DNA of 64,000 nt from Actinomycetota bacterium (GTDB lineage: Bacteria > Actinomycetota > UBA4738 > HRBIN12), in assembly GCA_035519495.1 (NCBI GenBank), contig DATIWE010000050.1, positions 33,150-97,149 of the forward strand, in the 5' to 3' direction. The notes under the pieces are model-generated. The model was not told the DNA's origin. It did not search any database and was given only the letters and a program-made list of their open reading frames with translations. The translations under genes were made by a program, and so were the position numbers. Each line of letters begins with the position of its first letter. Within the stretch, counting starts at the first letter, position 1. This document shows positions 30,502 through 37,948 of this stretch, piece after piece.

Positions 30502-30550
30502 CGTCCGTTCATTATCGGCCGCGAACCTGGCACTGACGAGGGACGGGAGC

Positions 30551-30994
30551 CTAGGTTCTGAGCGGCCGATCCTCGAACGGGACCGACAAGACGACCGTGG
30601 TGCGTGTTGCGACGCCGGCCTTCTCACGTAAGCGGCGGATCAGATCCTCGAGCTCGCCCGTGGTCCGCGTCCGCACCTTGAGGATGTAGCTCGCCTCGCC
30701 GGCGACGCTGTAGCAATCCTCGACCTCGGGCAGGTCGGCCAACCGCTCGGGCAGGTCGTCCGGCTGGCGCGGATCCAGCGGCGTCGCCGCGATGAGGGCG
30801 GTCACGAGCAACCCGATGCCCTCCGGATCGACGACGGCACGGTAGCCCTTGATCACGCCCGCGTGCTCGAGCTTGCGGACGCGATCGTGCACGGCCGAGG
30901 CGGACAGCCCGACGCGTTGCGCGACGTCCGCGTACGTCGCCCGGGCGTCCTCTTGGAGCGCCGAGACGATCGCCAGGTCGCGCTCGTCGAGCAT
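30551..30994 (-). CDS. Lrp/AsnC-family transcriptional regulator
   Basis: 147 aa from MLDERDLAIVSALQEDARATYADVAQRVGLSASAVHDRVRKLE (HTH), plus a C-terminal RAM/ACT-like domain. The rest of the 389-aa ORF is junk. Confidence 0.85.
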   Translation of the reverse strand: MLDERDLAIVSALQEDARATYADVAQRVGLSASAVHDRVRKLEHAGVIKGYRAVVDPEGIGLLVTALIAATPLDPRQPDDLPERLADLPEVEDCYSVAGEASYILKVRTRTTGELEDLIRRLREKAGVATRTTVVLSVPFEDRPLRT

Positions 30995-31123
30995 CGCACC
31001 ATCGTAGGGGAGCGGGGGATGGCAAGTTCCCCCGGACCGGGGATCGTGCCGGCGGCGCTCGTGTGGTCCGATGGGGTGGCGAACCCCGATCTCCTCCCGG
31101 GGATGACCGAACGGGAGGATCAG

Positions 31124-31822
31124 ATGCCGTGGACGCGCCCGTCGAGGCCGATCCGATGGGAGCTCGTCGCGAAGCCCACCGGGGGCACCCGACCGATCGC
31201 ACACCTCGACCCACGTGACGCCGCGGTGTACCGCCGGCTCGTGCAGCCCTACGCGGCGGCGGTCGACCGCGGGCTCGGCGCCGGCGCGTTCGCGAACAGG
31301 ACGGACCGCTTCGGCAACCTCGCGGCCGTGGGTCCGGCCCTGCGACGGTGGCGCCGCGCCGTCGATCGAGCCATGGCGGTCCCTCCACGAGGCTCGATCA
31401 TCGTGAGCGACGTCCGCGATTGCTACGGGTCCATCGACCCCCGTGTGCTCGGGCGCGTCGGGATCGACGACCCCGACCTGATCGGGTTCCTCCGAGGTCT
31501 TGAAGACGCCGGCGTTCGCGGCCTCCCGGTCGGGCCGCCGCCGTCCGCCATCATCGCGAACGCCGTGCTCGGCCTCGCCGATCGCGCGGTCGTGGAGGCC
31601 GCCGCCGTGCCGATCCGGTGGGTGGACGACGTCGTGCTCGTGGGGCGGGACCGGCTGGGAGCGGAGCAGGCGTTCGATGCATGGAGGCGGGCGCTCGCCG
31701 GCCTCGGCCTCGACGCCCACGACGGGAAGACGGTCCGCGAGCCCGGCCTTCGGCTCGCCCGGGTCGGGCGGTCGCCCTCCCTCGCCCCGGCCCGGTCGCG
31801 TGCCATCATCGCGTCGCCGTGA
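31124..31822 (+). CDS. compact reverse-transcriptase-like protein (232 aa, RT fingers/palm only)
   Basis: GGGAGG SD 5 nt before ATG 31124; the frame is open from 30863. Ordered RT motifs: KPTGGTRPI, LDPRDAAVYRRLV, IIVSDVRDCYGSI, GLPVGPPPSAIIANAVL, IRWVDDVVLV, LGLDAHDGKT. GC3-rich. TGA overlaps the GTG of the next gene. Confidence 0.65.
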   Translation: MPWTRPSRPIRWELVAKPTGGTRPIAHLDPRDAAVYRRLVQPYAAAVDRGLGAGAFANRTDRFGNLAAVGPALRRWRRAVDRAMAVPPRGSIIVSDVRDCYGSIDPRVLGRVGIDDPDLIGFLRGLEDAGVRGLPVGPPPSAIIANAVLGLADRAVVEAAAVPIRWVDDVVLVGRDRLGAEQAFDAWRRALAGLGLDAHDGKTVREPGLRLARVGRSPSLAPARSRAIIASP

Positions 31823-33330
31823 AGACCCTCTACCGCGCTGCGCGTGTGCACACGCTGGGTCACCCCCGCACGGGCGAGTGGCTCGTGGTCGATGACCGCC
31901 ACGTCCAGCGCGTGGGCTCGGGCGAGCCTCCGGAGGCCGGGCGGCTGGTCGAGCTGCCGGGCGCCACGATCATGCCCGGTCTGATCGACAGTCACGTCCA
32001 TCTGACCTCGACCGGGCTGTCGCTGGGCGGTGACGGGTCCTCCGAGGTCCGCTCGAAGGAGGAGCTGCTCGCCGCGGTGCGGGCGCGGCCCGTCCCGGAG
32101 GGCGAGGTCGTGGTCCTGCACGGCTTCGACGAGACGCGCTGGGACCGGCCCGAGCACCCCGGGATCGAGGAGCTCGACGCCGCCTCCGCGGCGCCGCTCG
32201 TGATCGGACGTGCGGACGGCCATCTCGCGCTCGTGAACACGGCGACGATCCGCCTCGCGGGCATCGACGAGGTCGCCGGACTCGAACGGGGCCAGGACGG
32301 AGCACCGACTGGGCGCGTCACGGGCGCGGCGAACCGAGCCGTCCGGCGATGGCTCGCCGCGTCGCGGACCGAGCACCTCATCGAGGAGCTCCAGCTCGAC
32401 GCGGCGGGTCTGGCCGCCGCGCGCGGCGTGACGTCGCTCCACGAGATGTCGATGCCGAGGGAGGACGGTGAACGCGATCTCGAGGTACTGCTCCGGCATC
32501 GCGCCAAGCTGCCGGTCGACGTCGTGCCGATCCCGGCCACGATGGACGTGCCACGAGCGATCGAGCTCGGCCTGGCGGCGATCGGTGGGGATCTTCCCGT
32601 GGATGGGTCGATCGGGGCCAGGACCGCCGCCCTCTCGTCGCCGTACGCGGACCGTCCCGACGAGGGGGTCGCGTACTACGACGATGACGAACTGGCGGGG
32701 TTCTTCCACGACGCGCACGGGGCCGGGCTGCAGGTCGGTGTGCACGCGATCGGCGATCGGGCGATCGAGCAAGTGCTCGGCGTGTGGGAACGGATCTACG
32801 GGGCGCTGGATTCGCGCGAGCGACGCCACTTCCGTGCCCGCCGGCACCGCATCGAGCACTTCGAGATGCCGTCCGTCCCGCACGTCGAGCGTGCGGCGAT
32901 GCTCGGATTGGCGGTGTCGGTGCAGCCCGCCTTCGACCGCCTCTGGGGTCAGCCCGGCGGCCTGTACGAGGTCGGCGTCGGGGCCGAGCGCGCGGCCGCC
33001 ATGAACCCCTTCCGTACGATGCTCGACCGAGGGGTCGCCCTGGGGGCGGGGTCCGACTCGCCTGTGACACCCTTGGACCCGTGGCTCGCGATCGCCGCGA
33101 TGGAGCGGCACCACGCTCCCGGCGAACGGCTGTCGCGGATCGAGGCGATCCGGACCCACACCGTGGGCAGCGCTCGACTGGCCCATCAGGAAGAGAGGAA
33201 GGGATCGCTCGAGCCGGGGATGCACGCCGACTTCTGCGCCTACGACGTCGATCCGCTCGAGGCGGCCGACGTGGAAGGACTCCGGCCGATCCTGACGGTG
33301 TCGCTCGGGCGAGACGTCTTCGCCGCGTGA
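31819..33330 (+). CDS. YtcJ-like metal-dependent amidohydrolase (second copy in window)
   Basis: GTG 31819 in a GTGA overlap with the RT-like gene. IDSHVHL HxH motif, VHAIGDRA, HRIEH, GAGSDSPV blocks. Confidence 0.85.
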   Translation: MKTLYRAARVHTLGHPRTGEWLVVDDRHVQRVGSGEPPEAGRLVELPGATIMPGLIDSHVHLTSTGLSLGGDGSSEVRSKEELLAAVRARPVPEGEVVVLHGFDETRWDRPEHPGIEELDAASAAPLVIGRADGHLALVNTATIRLAGIDEVAGLERGQDGAPTGRVTGAANRAVRRWLAASRTEHLIEELQLDAAGLAAARGVTSLHEMSMPREDGERDLEVLLRHRAKLPVDVVPIPATMDVPRAIELGLAAIGGDLPVDGSIGARTAALSSPYADRPDEGVAYYDDDELAGFFHDAHGAGLQVGVHAIGDRAIEQVLGVWERIYGALDSRERRHFRARRHRIEHFEMPSVPHVERAAMLGLAVSVQPAFDRLWGQPGGLYEVGVGAERAAAMNPFRTMLDRGVALGAGSDSPVTPLDPWLAIAAMERHHAPGERLSRIEAIRTHTVGSARLAHQEERKGSLEPGMHADFCAYDVDPLEAADVEGLRPILTVSLGRDVFAA

Positions 33331-33437
33331 CGGCCGGAGCGCAGGGTTCTGTCACTCTTTTCCGGATGCGGGGGTTGACCGGTCCAGCGGCGCGCGGCTA
33401 CGGTCCCTCCTGCGTCACCGCCCCGGCGGAGGCGCAC

Positions 33438-33507
33438 GAGGACCCAAGAGGCTGAGTAGAGAACGCGGCGCCCCGGCGCTGCGGCCCCAAAGGTCTCTTG
33501 GGTCCTC
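33438..33507 (+). other. long imperfect hairpin (candidate terminator or structured RNA)
   Basis: Perfect 13-bp arms GAGGACCCAAGAG / CTCTTGGGTCCTC enclosing 44 nt. About 108 nt after the amidohydrolase stop, inside a 360-nt non-coding gap. Confidence 0.35.
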
Positions 33508-33608
33508 ACTTCTGCCTCCGGCACCCACCGATCCGCCCCTCCCGCCCCGTTTCCGGGAATGTTCTTGGGGTGCCCGGGCGTTCGACGGCGTGCGCACGCC
33601 GCGCGTGG

Positions 33609-33636
33609 TTGCATCCGCGGGAACTGGGTGTAGGAT
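33609..33636 (+). promoter_or_regulatory. candidate sigma-70-type promoter for the DUF4193 gene
   Basis: TTGCAT - 16 nt - TAGGAT, about 55 nt upstream of ATG 33691. A 14-nt perfect palindrome GGCGTGCGCACGCC (33587-33600) lies just upstream. Confidence 0.3.
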
Positions 33637-33690
33637 GCGCGCCCGAACGGAGGATGGGGTCGTCCCGCGCCGCCATCCGAGGGACGAACG

Positions 33691-34077
33691 ATGCCCGACG
33701 ATATCGATCAGATCGACGAACCGCTCGAGGACGAGGACGTCCTGAGCGACGACGACGACCCGCTGGAGGACGCCGAGCCGACGGAGCAGGATCTGGCGGA
33801 AGCAACGGTGCCGCCCGAACCGGGGCTCGGCGACGTCGAATCCATCCAGGACCTCCTCGCCAAGCAGGAGACCCGAGAGGTCGAAGAGGAAGCGGCCGAG
33901 GAGGAAGAGGAGACGGTGGTCGCGACGACGACCCGTGGCGACGAGCGCCTCGAGCCGCTGGACGCCCGGGTCGTCCCGATGCAGGCGACGGAGTTCATGT
34001 GCAAGAACTGTTACCTGGTGAAGCACCGGAGCCAGCTCGCCGACAAGCGCAAGATGTTCTGCCGCGACTGCGCCTGA
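33691..34077 (+). CDS. DUF4193-family protein (acidic N-terminus, C-terminal 4-Cys motif)
   Basis: Acidic low-complexity N-terminus, then EFMCKNCYLVKHRSQLADKRKMFCRDCA, which matches my recollection of actinobacterial DUF4193. Confidence 0.75.
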   Translation: MPDDIDQIDEPLEDEDVLSDDDDPLEDAEPTEQDLAEATVPPEPGLGDVESIQDLLAKQETREVEEEAAEEEEETVVATTTRGDERLEPLDARVVPMQATEFMCKNCYLVKHRSQLADKRKMFCRDCA

Positions 34078-34115
34078 GCGCGCCCCGTCGACTCCCGCTT
34101 CCCCTGCAGCTGCTC

Positions 34116-36326
34116 GTGAGCCTGGCCGGCGGGCTGTTGCTGTCCCTGGCGTTCCCACCGGCCGAGATCTGGCCGCTTGCCTTCGTCGCGGTGGCGCCGC
34201 TGCTGTGGCTCCTCCGGAGCGCACGAGCGCGTCGCGGGGCCCTCCTGGGCTTCATCTATGGGGTCGGGTTCTACGGCGCCACGCTCTATTGGATCTTGCG
34301 GTTCGGCGAGCTGGCCTGGGTGGGGCTCGTGACCCTGTCGGCACTTTCGGTCGCGCTCGTCGGCCTGGTCGGCCCGGCGGTGATCAGGGAGGGGAGGCCG
34401 CTGCGGACCGCGGTCGGCCTCGCCGCCTTGTGGACCCTCGTCGACTGGATCCGCGGGATGTGGCCCCTCGGCGGGTTCACCTGGGGCAGCCTGGGGATCT
34501 CCCAGGTGGACGATCGGGTCCTGCTCCCTCTGGCGGGCCTCGCCGGCGTCTGGGGCGTCACGTTCGTCGTCGCGGCCGTGAACGCGCTCCTGGTCGAGAC
34601 GGCCGTCGGCGGGGGAGGGGGGCGCCGCCGGGCGGCCCTGCCTGTTCTGGCCGCGGCCCTGATCGTCGCTCCCGTCCTCGTGCCGTTCCCCGAGCCGAAC
34701 GGCGGCCCCCTCGACGTGGCGGTCGTGCAGGTCGACGTGCGGGTGCCGCCGGGAACGGATGGGCTCGAAGAGGACCGCATCGTCGCGGAGCGCAACATCG
34801 AGGTCCACCGCAGCCTCGCCGGCTCACCCCGGCCAGACCTGGTCCTGTGGGGAGAGGGCGCGCTCGATCCCGGCGCCTCGAGCGATCCTGCCACCGTGCA
34901 GGCGGTCCGCTCGGCGATCGCCCAAGTGGGCGCGCCGGCCGCCATCGGTGCCGTCGTGGACGACCCAGACGGACGCGAGTTCACGAGCGCGTTGATCTTC
35001 GACGGCAGCGGCCGGCTGATCGGCCGCTACGACAAGGTCCACCTCGTGCCGTTCGGCGAGTACGTCCCGTGGCGGTCGAAGCTCGACTGGATCAGCGCCA
35101 CCGAGCAGATCCCCGTGGACCGGACCCCCGGGGATTCGGTGCATACGTTGGCGACGCCGGGCGTTCCGCCGTTCGGGACCCCGATCTGCTTCGAGAACTC
35201 CTTCCCGGACCTGCCGCGCGACTTCGTCCGCGACGGCGCGACGTTCCTGGTCGTGCCGGTCAACAACGCGTCGTACGGGTTCACGGCGGCATCGGACCAA
35301 CACCTGCAGATGAGCCGGATGCGCGCGGTCGAGACCGGCCGCTGGATCGTCGACGCCGCCGTCTCGGGGGTCTCGGCCTTCGTCGACACGCACGGCCGCG
35401 TCGTGGCGCGAACGGGCCTGTTCCAGACGACTATCCTGCGGGACCGGCTCCGGACCTCCACCGCGACCACGTGGTACGTGCGGATGGGGGATTGGCTGCC
35501 GTGGCTCTGTCTGGTGCTCCTGGTGGCTCTCCTGCTCGTGCCCCGTCGCCGCTCAACGGTCCGGCCCGCGCCGGCCCCGTTGCCGACCCCGTTGCGCGCG
35601 CTCGCGGTCCTGCCGACGTACGAAGAGCGCGAGACGATCCAACGGGTGATCGAGGGGCTCCTCGGCGACCCGACGCCCCCGGACATCGTCGTCGTCGACG
35701 ATTCATCCCCCGACGGCACGGGGGACATCGTGCGCACGATCGCGGCGGACGAACCGAGGGTCCGGCTCCTCGAGCGGCCGGCGAAGTCCGGTCTGGCGAG
35801 CGCGTACCTCGAGGGGTTCCGGCTCGCGCTGTCCGAGGGGTACGACGTCGCGATCGAGATGGACTCCGACCTTTCCCACGATCCCGCGGAGCTCGCGAGC
35901 CTCCTGCGGGCCGCGGACGCGCACGACCTGACGGTCGGCAGCCGGTACGTCGCGGGGGGGACCGTCACGAACTGGAGCCGGTCCAGGGTCGCCCTGTCGC
36001 GAGCCGGCAACGCCTACGCGCGCTTCATGCTCGGCGTGCCGATCCACGACGCGACGAGCGGCTACCGCGTCTATCGGCGTGAGGTGCTCGAGGCGCTCCT
36101 GGCGACGCCGTTCGCGAGCGACGGCTACGGCTTCCAGATCGAGCTCGTGATGCGGGCGCACCGGCTCGGGTTCGACGTGGGTGAGTCCCCCATCTCGTTC
36201 CGCGAACGGGAGCATGGGCGCTCCAAGATCTCCCGCGGCATCGTCGTGGAGGCGTTGTGGCACGTGACGCGCTGGGGCTGGTCGCTCCGGTTCGGCCACG
36301 AGCCCCCCGGGATGAAGCCGGGATGA
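34116..36326 (+). CDS. ppm1: fused apolipoprotein N-acyltransferase (Lnt) / polyprenol-phosphate mannose synthase (Ppm1)
   Basis: N-terminal multi-TM plus CN-hydrolase domain (ICFENSFPD catalytic Cys context). C-terminal GT2 domain (VVVDDSSPDGTG, IEMDSDLSHDP, TSGYRVY). Start uncertain; GTG 34116 is the first plausible one after the DUF4193 stop. Confidence 0.8.
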   Translation: MSLAGGLLLSLAFPPAEIWPLAFVAVAPLLWLLRSARARRGALLGFIYGVGFYGATLYWILRFGELAWVGLVTLSALSVALVGLVGPAVIREGRPLRTAVGLAALWTLVDWIRGMWPLGGFTWGSLGISQVDDRVLLPLAGLAGVWGVTFVVAAVNALLVETAVGGGGGRRRAALPVLAAALIVAPVLVPFPEPNGGPLDVAVVQVDVRVPPGTDGLEEDRIVAERNIEVHRSLAGSPRPDLVLWGEGALDPGASSDPATVQAVRSAIAQVGAPAAIGAVVDDPDGREFTSALIFDGSGRLIGRYDKVHLVPFGEYVPWRSKLDWISATEQIPVDRTPGDSVHTLATPGVPPFGTPICFENSFPDLPRDFVRDGATFLVVPVNNASYGFTAASDQHLQMSRMRAVETGRWIVDAAVSGVSAFVDTHGRVVARTGLFQTTILRDRLRTSTATTWYVRMGDWLPWLCLVLLVALLLVPRRRSTVRPAPAPLPTPLRALAVLPTYEERETIQRVIEGLLGDPTPPDIVVVDDSSPDGTGDIVRTIAADEPRVRLLERPAKSGLASAYLEGFRLALSEGYDVAIEMDSDLSHDPAELASLLRAADAHDLTVGSRYVAGGTVTNWSRSRVALSRAGNAYARFMLGVPIHDATSGYRVYRREVLEALLATPFASDGYGFQIELVMRAHRLGFDVGESPISFREREHGRSKISRGIVVEALWHVTRWGWSLRFGHEPPGMKPG

Positions 36327-36337
36327 GCCGGGATGAG
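36307..36337 (+). repeat. three tandem 10-11 nt units CCGGGATGA(A)G spanning the ppm1 stop codon
   Basis: Direct reading of CCGGGATGAAG CCGGGATGAG CCGGGATGAG. The TGA at 36324-36326 lies in unit 2. Confidence 0.8.
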
Positions 36338-36387
36338 CCGAGCACGCGTCATCAGCCATCGGTCACTCGGCACAACGCCCATAACGC

Positions 36388-36401
36388 ACATTATGTAATG
36401 T
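36388..36401. promoter_or_regulatory. AT-rich palindrome ACATTATGTAATGT (candidate operator)
   Basis: Inverted repeat ACATTA-TG-TAATGT in a locally GC-poor stretch, about 157 nt upstream of the surface-protein gene. Confidence 0.3.
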
Positions 36402-36557
36402 TGCGATGGGCCTACGCCCAACGCCATCCGGGCTCGGACGCTTTCGCCCGATGCGTCCCCCGTTCGGGTGTCGTACCTTCCTCGTGGATCGGGCTCAGAT
36501 CCGAGGATGACGTAGCCGCGCGCCGAGGCGAACGGCTGAGGGAACACTTGGGGGGTC

Positions 36558-37895
36558 GTGACGGTGAAGGGTCGGTCTGGCACACGGACGTCCGGAACGC
36601 ATCGTTCGGGTTGGGTGACGCGTCTCGGCTTGGCAACCACGTTCCTTTCGCTGTTGCTGTTGCCGCTGGGCATGGCCGGCGCGCACGCGACGACGACACA
36701 GACGTGCCCGTCGGGAACGCAACTGAGCGCGACCTCGACCCACGAGGTCTGCGCCCCCGACGTGGAGACCAAGGTCAGTGACCCCTCCATCAAGGCCGGC
36801 GACACGGTCACCGACACTGCCACCCTGAGCGGCTGGAGCGACGACGACGGGACGCCCGGTGGACTCGTCACGTTCTGGCTGTGCGGGCCCGAGAACGTCG
36901 CTGCAGGATGCGCGGGCGGCGGCACGCAGGTCGGCGACCCGGTCGCGACCGAGGACGCGGACCCCGGCACGACGGCGACCTCCTCTGCGGTGACCCCGAC
37001 CGAACCGGGGATGTACTGCTTCCGGGCCGACTACCAGCCGGGACCGAACGAGCCGTTCGCCGCGGCCTCGCACACGAACGACACGTCGGAGTGCTTCGCG
37101 GTGACCGGCCGGCCCAAGATCGGCATCGAGATCATCAAAGGCGGCCCGAAGCTCGCGCACGTGGGCGACACGATCACGTACACGTTCCACGTGCGGGTCA
37201 CGACGTCGAGGCCGCTGAACGACATCACGGTGACCGACCCGCTGTGCGACGAGGCGCCGGTGCTCGTGTCGGGCGACGACGGTGACGGGATCCTCCAGCC
37301 GGGCGAGGACTGGTCGTACACGTGCACCCATCTCGTCACGAAGAGCGACCCCGATCCCCTGCCGAACACGGCGACGGTGACGGGCAAGGACACGTGCGGC
37401 TGCACCGCGACCGACACCGACGAGCACACGGTGGACCTGATCCACCCGAAGATCGAGATCGTGAAGACGGTCGATCCGAAGAACGGTCACCCCGGCGACG
37501 AGGTGACGTACAGCTACACGGTGACGAACACGGGAGACACCACGCTGTACCACGTCGTGGTGAACGACGATGTGCTCGGGCACATCGGCACGATCAAGGA
37601 GCTCGCGCCCGGGGACTCCGTCGTCCTGATGAAGAAGTACGCGCTGCCCTCGGGCGTGGTCTCGGTCAAGAACGTCGCCACCGCGAGCGGGAGCGACACG
37701 CTCGGCCTGACCGTCGCCAGCGACGCGAACGCGGTCGTCACGATCGTCTCCGCCGCCAGCGCCTCGGCCTCGACGTCGCCGGGCACGGCCTTCACGGGCT
37801 CCGACGCGGCGCCGATCGGTGCGCTGGCGGGCGGCTTGGGGCTCCTGGGGCTGCTCGGCCTCGTTGTGGGTCGCAGGCGGAGCCGGGAAGCGTAA
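36558..37895 (+). CDS. secreted cell-surface protein with DUF11-type repeats and a C-terminal sorting-like signal
   Basis: GTG start. Signal peptide LLLLPLGMAGAHA. Two repeats (PKIGIEIIKGGP..GDTITYTF.., PKIEIVKTVDP..GDEVTYSYTVTNTGD). C-terminus GTAFTGSD plus a hydrophobic helix plus RRRSREA. Confidence 0.75.
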   Translation: MTVKGRSGTRTSGTHRSGWVTRLGLATTFLSLLLLPLGMAGAHATTTQTCPSGTQLSATSTHEVCAPDVETKVSDPSIKAGDTVTDTATLSGWSDDDGTPGGLVTFWLCGPENVAAGCAGGGTQVGDPVATEDADPGTTATSSAVTPTEPGMYCFRADYQPGPNEPFAAASHTNDTSECFAVTGRPKIGIEIIKGGPKLAHVGDTITYTFHVRVTTSRPLNDITVTDPLCDEAPVLVSGDDGDGILQPGEDWSYTCTHLVTKSDPDPLPNTATVTGKDTCGCTATDTDEHTVDLIHPKIEIVKTVDPKNGHPGDEVTYSYTVTNTGDTTLYHVVVNDDVLGHIGTIKELAPGDSVVLMKKYALPSGVVSVKNVATASGSDTLGLTVASDANAVVTIVSAASASASTSPGTAFTGSDAAPIGALAGGLGLLGLLGLVVGRRRSREA

Positions 37896-37903
37896 GGATC
37901 CGC

Positions 37904-37942
37904 GGGAGGGCCGGGCGTCCGGGAGGGGCGCCCGGCCCTCCC
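37904..37942. terminator. bidirectional terminator hairpin between convergent genes
   Basis: Perfect 14-bp GC-rich stem GGGAGGGCCGGGCG / CGCCCGGCCCTCCC with an 11-nt loop, between the surface-protein stop (37895) and the gcvPB stop (37949). Confidence 0.6.
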
Positions 37943-37948
37943 CCGCGG

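Noticed and set aside
30995-31123. Retron-like msr/msd or DRT-type ncRNA upstream of the RT-like gene. Observed elements: three GGGGAT repeats and the palindrome CCCCGGACCGGGG at 31030-31042.
   Set aside because: The gap is only 129 nt and is shared with the divergent Lrp promoter. There are no long terminal inverted repeats (a1/a2) and no extended stem-loops. The short GC palindrome is unremarkable at this base composition.
33498-34115. N-terminal extension of the Lnt-Ppm1 ORF (942-aa version) running through the intergenic region and the DUF4193 gene.
   Set aside because: It overlaps the DUF4193 gene in another frame and has a junk-like composition. The first Lnt-like hydrophobic segment starts right after 34116.
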